Shown here piece after piece: positions 33,408-42,604 of a DNA stretch of 64,000 bases. Origin of the DNA: Bacteroidota bacterium (lineage in GTDB: Bacteria; Bacteroidota; Bacteroidia; UKL13-3); NCBI GenBank assembly GCA_027487835.1, contig JAIYCU010000028.1:22930-86929 (forward strand), written 5' to 3'. Below the pieces are notes generated by a model. That model did not search any database and was not told where the DNA came from. It saw nothing but the letters and a program-made list of their open reading frames with translations. The translations under genes were made by a program, and so were the position numbers. The stretch's first letter is position 1. Each line of letters opens with the position of its first letter.

Positions 33408-34781
33408 TTATTTGCCAATTTTTGTAGTAACGATTACTTGTAATCGATTATAATTTGGGCCTTCAAATTGACTATTAGAAAAATCCATTAAAGTGTATTG
33501 AATAGTAAGTCTATCCAAAATCAAGGCAAATGAAAGAGAATAATACCCGAAAGGTTTATTTGCAACCTTTAATGTTTCATAAAATTTCTTTGTACCATGA
33601 ACTAAACTTGCTGAACCCCGTATTGAAAACCCAAAAAATTTATCATCAGTGTTATTTACACGACTACCATTATCCCCAAATACTTGAAAAGGAACTAAAA
33701 TGCTTGGATTAATTTGGAAAACATTATTAATTAATAAATCATTTTCCGCAATATATCGGCCAGCAATTGGGGCATCAAGTCCAATATAATTAGCCAATTC
33801 CGTTGTAAATGAAATCTCAGTTAGGCTTTTTGAAATGTTATAGGAGATTAATGGATATCTTAGTCCTATCGAAAATTCCCCTCCACCGCTCACCGTTTTG
33901 TATAAAGTAGAACGAACCATATTTGAAGAGTCTATTTGATTTAGTTTTTCTAACAGTTGAGCGGAATCTAAACTGCTCCTTGTTGCTTCATCTAAACTTT
34001 CAGGTGTTATACGTGAAAGCATTGTATTTACAGATATTTGAATTGGGCCGCTGTAACCAGTAAATAAGTTACTTTTTATAGACCCAACAGAATCCCAACC
34101 TTCAATATTTACATTAGAAAGGAAATTGTTCTTTCTACTTTGCTGATAATACATCATAGATGTAGCAGAATTGCGACTGGGTAAAAATTTTAATTTCGGA
34201 TATTCAGAATATCTATTCCAAATGCTTCTAGACATTCTGTCGTGCTCAATCTGACAACTAGTGTATGCAATCTCGATTACTCGCTTAATTCTATCTTCCT
34301 TAACCTCATCATTTGATAACATTATTTCATCATACATTTTCAACTTTCTTCGATTGATTATTTTTTGAACAGAATCATTAACTATATTATTCAATTTCAG
34401 TCTCTTGCCATAATTCTCACGGTCAACCATACCTACTTGTTGAAACTGTTGTATTTGAGTTAAATCTGGGTGTAAATAAAAGATAATACGGTATAAAAGT
34501 TCCACATTTATAGCTTGTATAGAACTACCCACTTCTACCAAAGTATGTTTCATAATAAAACCAATAGTAGTGTCAATTGAGACTTTATAATAATAATCGG
34601 AAGAGTCTATTACAGTTACATTTGTTCCAACTTTTAACTTTCCAATTATATTATCCGGAGATGGAAATGTAAAAGAAGGTTTGGAATAAAGATATATTTC
34701 TTCAAAATCAACAACTTTTTGTTGACCAAATGATGAGATTGTCAAGAGCAGCAGCAATTGTATTAACAGTAGCTTTTTCAT
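33408..34781 (-). CDS. hypothetical secreted protein with N-terminal SH3b-like domain
   Basis: Signal peptide. YLYSKPS...GKLKVGTNVTVIDSSDYYYKVSIDTTIGFIMK is an SH3b-like pattern. Confidence 0.5.
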   Translation of the reverse strand: MKKLLLIQLLLLLTISSFGQQKVVDFEEIYLYSKPSFTFPSPDNIIGKLKVGTNVTVIDSSDYYYKVSIDTTIGFIMKHTLVEVGSSIQAINVELLYRIIFYLHPDLTQIQQFQQVGMVDRENYGKRLKLNNIVNDSVQKIINRRKLKMYDEIMLSNDEVKEDRIKRVIEIAYTSCQIEHDRMSRSIWNRYSEYPKLKFLPSRNSATSMMYYQQSRKNNFLSNVNIEGWDSVGSIKSNLFTGYSGPIQISVNTMLSRITPESLDEATRSSLDSAQLLEKLNQIDSSNMVRSTLYKTVSGGGEFSIGLRYPLISYNISKSLTEISFTTELANYIGLDAPIAGRYIAENDLLINNVFQINPSILVPFQVFGDNGSRVNNTDDKFFGFSIRGSASLVHGTKKFYETLKVANKPFGYYSLSFALILDRLTIQYTLMDFSNSQFEGPNYNRLQVIVTTKIGK

Positions 34782-35541
34782 TTAAGTTAGTTTTTATAGG
34801 TCAACGAATTTAATAAATTTTACACTTTGTTTTTTACTTTACATAAATTTAACCTGTATATTTAATAGACTTAAATTCAGCCAGCCCAATATTTAATTTA
34901 TTTACATAAATGTAAATTTCGGAAAGATACTATTAGGTTCTTACGTTCTTATTGCCGGTATGTTTTTAATTAATGTTAAGCTAACTTTTTTGTATACTTC
35001 GGTTTGTCTTTCATAAACAAGTCAGCCTTTTATTTTTCAAAAAGTTCAAATATAAACCTCATTCTGTTAGCATAAATTGTAAACGGCTTCGGTCTGCAGG
35101 CTAGGTCAAAAACTCTTTCTAATTCGTTTTAACCTTTTACTAATGCTGGAGGTATAGTCAAATGGTCGTAAAGGTCAGTAAGTGAATTAATAAGAAATTT
35201 TAATATTGCATCCAATACTTTTTAAGCTTTTGCAACAATTGCTTGTATTTATTTAACAATATGGTATAAGTATTGGGCTACACAAACAAATGCGCCTCTT
35301 GGCAATAACGCAACTGCTTTGGTAAAAAACCATAACAAATGGGCCTGCCATATTTCTCTGGTGGGTAGAATAATATAAGCTTCCTGTAAACAATTGGCTA
35401 AATGCAATATCTTGGGTTCAGTTTGATCCAACTCAAATTTTGCATACTTAAAAGCGGGTAAGTTTAAGACGTGCTTTTGGAAGAGAAAAGCGCAGAAGTA
35501 TTATAATAAGAAAAAATATAATATTGGAATTTTATAATGCC

Positions 35542-36726
35542 TTAAAATCTTGAAAACAGGGCTCTTAGAAAACATATAAAAGTATTATTAGTTAGTGATA
35601 AAATAAAAAGTCCAATAGCAAACACTGGAGTCAACCAAACTAAGAAACGAATAATGTTTAAATAGCTTTTTTGCTTACTGTGTAGATTATTAATTTTGGT
35701 AAATGTTGTTGTGAAATCATCACCAAGAATTCCAATTTTCTTATCATCAACAGAGTTTTCAAATCTATCAATATCATCTTTCACAAAGTCTATTGCAGAA
35801 AATTGATTACGCAGAAGAACTTCAAGTAAAACACTAAAAACAAATGCACTTAAAACCAAGGCGAAATTGAAATAGATTTTTTCGCCAGTAAGGTCAAATT
35901 GTCCAATTATTAATAAAAAAGCTGCTGGTATTGCCACAAGTTTTGTTTGTGCATCATTAATTACTGCTTGGATTTTTTTGCTGTATTCAATTATCTCCTT
36001 GTCAATTTCTGATTTAAATTTTTGATAAGAATACTTTTCTAAATATAAACTGTGGCTTTTATGGTAATTTAATGTAAGGTCTGAGAAGTTGGTAACCAAA
36101 AAATTGAATCTGTTTTTAGGTTCAATTATTTTTGATAGTGAAGCTATCAATTCATTTGTAAAAATAATTCGTCTCTCCTCCCTATCTGCTGAATCTTGAA
36201 TATGGCTAATTAAACTGTCTAGTTCTTTTATTTCAATTAAATCTTTGGCTGAATAATCCGTAGTTAGTATTAATTGCTTTGCTTGAAAAAAAACAATTTC
36301 ATTGCCCTTTTGATAATCTGAAATACTTCTTAAAAAAGAAATAAGTTTTGTAAATGCTGTATAATTTTGGATTTGAACTGGTTGAACTTGTTGGGTTGAA
36401 ACGTAATTCAGTGAGTTTACAAAGTATTTATTTTGAATATTAGATTGAGATGAGAAATTTATTAAATCTTCGAATGATTCAAAATACTTTTCATCTCCAA
36501 GTTGGTTGGAATATAGTCTTACTTTAATTCTATCGTTAATTGCAATTTGGTCAACTAGTTTATTTCGATTTAGAACAATTACAAAATTCTCAATGCAATT
36601 TGCGGCTGACAAACTTTTTAGTTTTTCTATTTCATCAAGATTAGGCACAAAAAAGCCGACTATTTCATTTCCTGAAATAGTAACTTCTTCAAGTCTTTGT
36701 CTTATCTGAATAAAATCGTTAAGCAT
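35542..36726 (-). CDS. hypothetical protein with C-terminal 3-TM region (candidate membrane effector; partner of the NdpA-like gene)
   Basis: 394 aa. The soluble N-terminal ~270 aa is charged and helical. TM helices are LVAIPAAFLLIIGQF, FALVLSAFVFSVLLEVLL and FLVWLTPVFAIGLFILSL. A 3-nt gap separates it from the upstream gene. Confidence 0.6.
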   Translation of the reverse strand: MLNDFIQIRQRLEEVTISGNEIVGFFVPNLDEIEKLKSLSAANCIENFVIVLNRNKLVDQIAINDRIKVRLYSNQLGDEKYFESFEDLINFSSQSNIQNKYFVNSLNYVSTQQVQPVQIQNYTAFTKLISFLRSISDYQKGNEIVFFQAKQLILTTDYSAKDLIEIKELDSLISHIQDSADREERRIIFTNELIASLSKIIEPKNRFNFLVTNFSDLTLNYHKSHSLYLEKYSYQKFKSEIDKEIIEYSKKIQAVINDAQTKLVAIPAAFLLIIGQFDLTGEKIYFNFALVLSAFVFSVLLEVLLRNQFSAIDFVKDDIDRFENSVDDKKIGILGDDFTTTFTKINNLHSKQKSYLNIIRFLVWLTPVFAIGLFILSLTNNTFICFLRALFSRF

Positions 36727-36729
36727 TGA

Positions 36730-37524
36730 TTATTCGGGGTCTTCTTCATTCGCAAATTGTCTTCTTAAATCATCAGGCAAATTAGTTATTCGTAATTCAT
36801 TTGTCTGTTGGTTGTAAAAAATACTTTCATTTACTAAGCCACTATCAAATTCAATTGTTAGTTTTTTGCTTCGATAAACGTAAAATTTCAAAGTCTTTAG
36901 TGTTTTATTGTGGCCTTTAATAAGAGAGCTTACTCTATAATCTTCACTCGCTGCAAATTCTTGAAACATGTCAGGCTCATCAGCACTTATCATTGATGAT
37001 ATGTGATGCAATGAAATATCCTCTTTTCTTCTAGTTTGAGCATAGCAATAATTCAGAACTTGATTTCTTAAATTTTCTTCTTCTTGAGTATCTAATTCTA
37101 GTTGTGGCAAATAATCGAGAAAAGCTCTTTTTAAGGATTCTGATGATTCTTTTGCAGATGTTTGGTCTGTACATCCAATAAATCTTTTAAAATAATTAGA
37201 AACATCTTTTCTTCCTCTTGCGAATGACAAATACGTTTCTTCATTATTGTCCCAACGAGTAACATTAACTGAATTGGCAACATCTAATTTGTCAATATCA
37301 AGACTGAATATTTCTTCAATACTCAAATTGTCATTTATATTGTATTGCTTTTTGTTGTTCAGCATTACAGTCATTACAAATTCTTCATTTTGTAGTGTAT
37401 AATGAGCAAAAACTACATAACCTCCTGTGGCTTGCGGAACTGCATTAATTACACCCAATAAATGATTCATTGCAGAAGCTGTGAAATCTAAAAACTGCTG
37501 TTCAACAAAGTAGTTTCTTAACAT
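36730..37524 (-). CDS. nucleoid-associated protein NdpA/YejK (NA37) family homolog
   Basis: [34 protein letters not shown] aligns with NdpA [34 protein letters not shown] aligns with YLTFLKGR. C-terminal [13 protein letters not shown] aligns with TIKGTPPNLRDQL. Confidence 0.6.
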   Translation of the reverse strand: [264 protein letters not shown]

Positions 37525-37736
37525 TGTTTGAAAAGGAAAAGTTACTGCATTCGGGTCAAAGATTCCATAGTTTGGATTTGACTTTTTGTAATAAACTTGC
37601 TTTATGTTTGTTACAAATTCTGTTTCTCTTTCACCGACTGGAAGTAGGTTTTCACGTAATGTTATTGTTGCATTACCTTGTGATTCTTTGTCCAGCCTGT
37701 GAACTATTATTGAGTGTAATTCTATATTATAAATTT

Positions 37737-38081
37737 TTACAATTCCCCTTTAAAAGCCTTGTCCAATAAACTTGGAATTAGTTTGGTTAATTCCTGTTCG
37801 GTTTGTTTGTGATGTTCTTTAACTGCATTTGTTTTATTGAGTAGTTCAACAAATTCTCTTTGCAATTCAATTGAAGGAACTGGAACTAATATTTTCATCA
37901 ACTTGTCTAAGCCCAATGTTTTGTTTCTTCCTATCACAATAATTTTTCCGTCAGTGAAAGTCCGCTGTTCAAGTATTAAATCGTCTGACCATTGGCTATC
38001 ATACAGCTTGGGCAACACTTCCTTTCGGCAAGTGTCCGCTTCGCTATCGTGATTGTCAATATGTATAGTTTTATCACTCAT
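37737..38081 (-). pseudogene. chimeric relic ORF: HsdR N-terminal domain fused to HsdS C-terminal conserved tail (type I R-M remnant)
   Basis: N-terminal SEADTCRKEVLPKLYDSQWSDDLILEQRTFTDGKIIVIGR matches HsdR_N (SEAxTRxxLIDPxLxxxGW...). C-terminal PVPSIELQREFVELLNKT...LIPSLLDKAFKGEL is the canonical HsdS C-terminus. Confidence 0.55.
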
Positions 38082-38145
38082 TTACTCGTCATAATATAGT
38101 TTGTCAAAATACCTTTTTTCTCGATGTATTGGCTCGGCTTTTTAA

Positions 38146-41100
38146 TTAAGTTGGTTGTTCATCCTCTATATTAATTTTTAGTACTATTGCAAATTGAGCA
38201 AAACTTGATGATAGGTTAGTTTTAGTTATGTTCCTATTTTTGTGATTTCTGAATTCATCTTCAACTTCTGCTGGTTCAAAATGTTCACCTAAGATAGTGG
38301 CTAAATAAATTGAAGTTAATTTGTCAAAATCATTAGTTGGCTTTTGGAAATTCAAATTAATTGTAGTTTTTAGTTTGTGAATTTTTGAGATTTCACTCTT
38401 TGGTATAGATGGAATCAAAATCTTACTCAAAGCCCATGAAGTAACTCGTTGCAAATTATAATCACCCGATTTAATCCATAATTTTGTCAAGTATATAACA
38501 TATTGTATCCTTAAACTATCTGGGAAAATATTTACTTCTCCTGACCAAGCAACACTCCAGCATATTGAGAAATGACAATGGGCATCATTTGTTTTGAGTA
38601 AGTCATACATAATTTTGAATATTTCCTCTGAAACTGAAATTTCTGAAATTCCTATTTCAAGTGGTCGAAATGATAAACCATACGCAAAGTTCATCATGCC
38701 TAATGCTGCTATACATTTATTTTCATTCGTTTCGCTTTTTAATGATAAAAGAATTTCATTTGGAATTGAAGATATATTTTCTGAATTCGCCAAGTCAGTA
38801 TAGAAAATGTCTGCTAAAGTTGACCCTAATGGGGACGAATATTTATCATCATATTTTCCAAAAAAACATTCTTTAACTCTTTTTCTAAATGCATTTCCAA
38901 ATTTATTTTTAAGAATAATATCTGTGTTTCCTCTTCCAAGGATTGTATAGATGTTTTTCGCATACCATTCAATTGCAGTGCCTAATAAGTCTGGACTAAT
39001 TTGAATTTCATTTGCAAGGCAGCTACCTAAAAGGGAGGGCGCAAGTTTATCTTCCTTTAGTTGTTCCTTTTTTTCTTTAGTGGCAATAATTTTTGATTCA
39101 GAAATTAAATATTCAATTAAGTCTTTTGTATCCCTTTCTAAAAGAACAGCAGCCAATGGTATTACCTCTTTCCAATTTTCATTATTTACATTTGGCTTAA
39201 TAATATCCACAACTTTACTTTCAATATCTGATAATGGAATAAACTTTTTTACTATCGCTTTCGCTGTCAAATACTCTTGGAAACTTAAATGCAAAAATTC
39301 ATATACCGCAGTTATGTTACCTGAATCAAGTTGTTTATGACCTGTCATTATTAGTAAGCTGCTTCTTGATTCAACCCTTTTTATAAATTCAGTGGGATTA
39401 ACATTTGTATAGCCTAAAATTTCTGGCATTTGTTTACGTGCATCAATGAGACAACCATTAAGTTCTTCTGAAGTAATCGTTTGTTGACCATTTTTAGTCA
39501 TCCAATATGCTACAAAAGCAAGTTGGGGTTCTGCTTCTTCAATGTCAAGAATTTCATGTCCTTCAACATTCCATGTCACTAAGAGAAGCTTAATCATTTC
39601 TTGATATAAAACACTTCTTTTAGTTGGAAGATACCCTGCCCATCTTTTAACAAAAAGTAGAGTAGTTAAGAGAAGTGGATTCTCGGCTAATACTACTATT
39701 CTATTGTCCTTTATAATTAAATCACTTAGCTTATTTGCTTCTTTAATTGTGTTTTCTGAGTCGTCTATAATTGCTTTGTGCCATTTTAAACACAGCTCTT
39801 CAATTTCCTCACCAATCAAATTTGAAACTGTATAGTTCTCACAATAAGTTGCTAATGAACCAGCTACAACTCTAAATCCCGCCTCTCGTGATGTTACTAT
39901 AATATTAATTGTAGGGTATGTTGCAATAAAGGTTCTCAGTTGGTTTACAAAGGCAATTCTATTCTTGTCTTCTGCAATTTCATCCAATCCGTCAATTAGT
40001 AACAACGCATTACCATTTTGCAATGACTTTGAAACTAAAATTGAAAAATCATCAGCGCAAGAATGAATTTCTGCTCTAGCAGGTATTCCGTTAATAATAT
40101 CAGTAATACTTAAAGTAACATTGTCCCCAAGTTCTCTACACCTTAAAAAAATTGGAAACCAATCTTTGTCAGGAAGTTTGTCATTTATTTGTATACGCCT
40201 TTCAGGGAAAGCATATGCAATTGCTATACGCTTAATAAGAGTTGATTTTCCGCCACCTGGCTTTGCAAGTATTGCAAGTTTTGATTTCTTTTCTAGGATT
40301 TCACCTATACCTTCTCTCGGTTTATCATCAAAATCAAATTCATCATTTATCCTTATTTGCAGTTTTTTACTCAAATGAAGAGGGACAAAAATATTTTCCA
40401 GCTTTACTTTAACCGAACCAGCTTCTTTATCAGTAGGTAATCCTTCAAATTGGATTTCACCTAATTCATTTTCTAAATACTTGAAATATTTTTCGCCTGT
40501 CTCTTTTAAGTTTCGTTTGGCTACTTTGGTTGTTTCCTCTTTGTTTAATAGGGTTAGTCCATCAAATAAATTTTTAATGTTATTGTCTATTAAAATTATC
40601 TCTTCTGCTAAATCTTTAATAAGAGGCTTTCCTTCCGCATGAACTAAAGCAACATGAGATGGTTTTTGTCCGTGCGAATCTGAATAATAAATTGCCCAAA
40701 CCCAACCTTTATCGTAAGCCAATAAATCGGCATAATCAAGCATATATAGCCCTGATATTAAATTAGATGAAGATGAAATTGCCTTCTCTATTGAGACTAA
40801 AACTCTTCCACGAATCAACTCCTCTACAATTTTTTCTGGCTTAATTAAAATTACTCTTTTATTGTCGGCTTCATTTTCTTGTTCAATTGCAGTTTCCTTA
40901 AAACCTGAAAGAGATATAAAATATCCTACAATGCTAATGCCTTTTGCCCCTTTTTCTTTTTTGCTTTTTCTTTTTTCGACATCAATAGCACCAACAAATT
41001 TGTTTATGTCCGCGCCACCTATTTTTTCTGAGTGAGCTTTACACTCAGCAATAGCTATTTTTTGTTCCGTTCTGTGATTTGAACTCAAATCTAATTCTCT

Positions 41101-41232
41101 GCCTGATTTGTGAATATTAAGCCTTGGTTCATCATATCCCAAAGTATGGAAAAGGTCAGACATCAATCGTCCAAAAAGATCACCTTTTTTGTTTGAATCA
41201 ATTTCTAAAATTTCAATGTTTCTAAGTTTCAT
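38146..41232 (-). CDS. NLR-like antiphage STAND protein: N-terminal Mrr-like PD-(D/E)xK nuclease, central NACHT NTPase, C-terminal helical-repeat sensor (bNACHT/Avs-like)
   Basis: N-terminal ELDL...AIAECK PD-(D/E)xK motif. Walker A AKPGGGKSTL. NACHT Walker B LLLIDGLDEI. NACHT-specific IIVTSRE. About 500-aa helical repeat C-terminus. Confidence 0.8.
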   Translation of the reverse strand: MKLRNIEILEIDSNKKGDLFGRLMSDLFHTLGYDEPRLNIHKSGRELDLSSNHRTEQKIAIAECKAHSEKIGGADINKFVGAIDVEKRKSKKEKGAKGISIVGYFISLSGFKETAIEQENEADNKRVILIKPEKIVEELIRGRVLVSIEKAISSSSNLISGLYMLDYADLLAYDKGWVWAIYYSDSHGQKPSHVALVHAEGKPLIKDLAEEIILIDNNIKNLFDGLTLLNKEETTKVAKRNLKETGEKYFKYLENELGEIQFEGLPTDKEAGSVKVKLENIFVPLHLSKKLQIRINDEFDFDDKPREGIGEILEKKSKLAILAKPGGGKSTLIKRIAIAYAFPERRIQINDKLPDKDWFPIFLRCRELGDNVTLSITDIINGIPARAEIHSCADDFSILVSKSLQNGNALLLIDGLDEIAEDKNRIAFVNQLRTFIATYPTINIIVTSREAGFRVVAGSLATYCENYTVSNLIGEEIEELCLKWHKAIIDDSENTIKEANKLSDLIIKDNRIVVLAENPLLLTTLLFVKRWAGYLPTKRSVLYQEMIKLLLVTWNVEGHEILDIEEAEPQLAFVAYWMTKNGQQTITSEELNGCLIDARKQMPEILGYTNVNPTEFIKRVESRSSLLIMTGHKQLDSGNITAVYEFLHLSFQEYLTAKAIVKKFIPLSDIESKVVDIIKPNVNNENWKEVIPLAAVLLERDTKDLIEYLISESKIIATKEKKEQLKEDKLAPSLLGSCLANEIQISPDLLGTAIEWYAKNIYTILGRGNTDIILKNKFGNAFRKRVKECFFGKYDDKYSSPLGSTLADIFYTDLANSENISSIPNEILLSLKSETNENKCIAALGMMNFAYGLSFRPLEIGISEISVSEEIFKIMYDLLKTNDAHCHFSICWSVAWSGEVNIFPDSLRIQYVIYLTKLWIKSGDYNLQRVTSWALSKILIPSIPKSEISKIHKLKTTINLNFQKPTNDFDKLTSIYLATILGEHFEPAEVEDEFRNHKNRNITKTNLSSSFAQFAIVLKINIEDEQPT

Positions 41233-41261
41233 TAATCTTTTGTTTTTAAAAAGTTATTTTG

Positions 41262-41490
41262 AAGCTGTAATGCCGCAAATTTGTTTTCCATCAACTAATT
41301 TAATACATGCAACTCCAACTTATTTAACAAACTTACCCAATCCTTTACAAACAAAAAATACCCAAAAGTGGGTATATGAAAATATTCTAAATGAATAATG
41401 ACACATTGCACATAAAGTATTAATAACTTAAAACGAAAGATTCAATACACATTTCTACAAACCATTGCAGGTTCCGTTCAACTAGAATTT
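41262..41490 (-). promoter_or_regulatory. conserved promoter-bearing intergenic element, copy E, containing perfect palindrome ATACCCAAAAGTGGGTAT (41358..41375)
   Basis: gcaactccaacttatttaacaaacttacccaatcctttacaaacaaaaaatacccaaaagtgggtat...aaccattgcaggttccgtt, upstream of the NACHT gene start. Confidence 0.65.
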
Positions 41491-41586
41491 ATCTCATTAT
41501 GTTAATTGTTTCTATTGGCATTCGATGGTTTTCAATCCATGGCTTGGCTTGGGGTCAAAATGAAATGCTTGCTGTTGTAGGCAGTG

Positions 41587-42063
41587 TTAAAGAGAAAACA
41601 CCAAAGGAATTACAATTGAAAAAATAAAAAGAATGTAATAAAATATATTTTCCCAAATTTTAAATAGAGAAATTAAAAAGTAGCTTATTTTATATTTACG
41701 TCTCATGTTTGGCTTAACTATTGTAATAAGGGGTCCATGTAAACTTAAAATATCTTTTTCATTAGATTTTATTAAATATTTCTCGAATAATTCGATTGTT
41801 TCTTGTAAATAAATATATCCAGTTAAAATTATTATGTGGAGAGTAAAAAATGTTATCACAATGCTTAATAGTAAAAGCTGAATTTGATTTAATTCAAAGC
41901 CTTTAGTTATTGAAAATCCAAAAGCCGAATTCCATAAAATTACAAACCAATACTTTAAATTTGTTAAATACTCGTATCTTTTTGTTCTAAGTTCAATAGT
42001 ATTGTTGAAATTTAAAAGCAGAAAGTCTCTTTTAAATTTTATATCTTCTGGCTTAAAGGACAT
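41587..42063 (-). CDS. small polytopic membrane protein (hypothetical)
   Basis: 158 aa with 3-4 predicted TM helices. Sits between the NACHT and RloC-like genes. Confidence 0.5.
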   Translation of the reverse strand: MSFKPEDIKFKRDFLLLNFNNTIELRTKRYEYLTNLKYWFVILWNSAFGFSITKGFELNQIQLLLLSIVITFFTLHIIILTGYIYLQETIELFEKYLIKSNEKDILSLHGPLITIVKPNMRRKYKISYFLISLFKIWENIFYYILFIFSIVIPLVFSL

Positions 42064-42440
42064 ACTTTGTTTTTTGCTTTAAAATTTGGGTATATAGAAT
42101 AACATTGTCATAATTTCAGAGTGTGAAAAACCTCATCAAACTTTTTAGTGTAAAAATATCAAAAAATGAATGATTAGGCAAGTATCTTGGTAGTTAAATT
42201 TGCATCAGCAAAACAATTATGGATAACATCAAAGTTAGTAATATCGATCAGATGGAGCTTTGTTGTAATTCTGGAGATACCTTTACACTTCTTCCATTTT
42301 TTTGTTTCTGGATAGACTCATATTTCACTCCAAAGCTTTTTACAAAGCCTATTAAAGTTTTGCCAGTTTGTTGGTTTTCTTAATGATTTTGAAATTTCCA
42401 TTATTAAATGCGAGGTGTCCCTAAAGGTTATAGCTTAACA

Positions 42441-42556
42441 ATTCGGAGGTTTGCGATGGCGGGGATTATTAGCACTAAACTTCATTCGGAGAACTGAATT
42501 TCCACCTTGCACAAAAGTGTCTGCGATGCACGGAACCCCGCCTATTGCAAATGTGC
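42441..42556. other. GC-rich structured element E2: 15-bp long-range stem (tttgcgatGGCGGGG ... CCCCGCCtattgcaa) enclosing about 70 nt, 3' of the RloC-like gene
   Basis: Local GC far above surroundings. Homologous (about 65-70% identity) to element E1 at 45075..45205. Stem base pairs covary with E1 (C:G vs T:A, G:C vs C:G). Shared inner motif GTGTCTGnGAnGCACnGAACC. Confidence 0.6.
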
Positions 42557-42604
42557 TGCTACAAGTTGGGCTTTTGTCTGTCTGAATATATGTTGTTTCA
42601 AATG

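Noticed and set aside
35130-35200. tRNA-like stretch (gctggaggtatagtcaaatggtcgtaaaggtcag) in the gene-poor gap left of the island, which could be a tRNA att site
   Set aside because: There is only a D-arm-like resemblance. No anticodon stem or T-psi-C arm (GGTTCGAATCC-like) can be found, so a tRNA or tRNA fragment is not supported.
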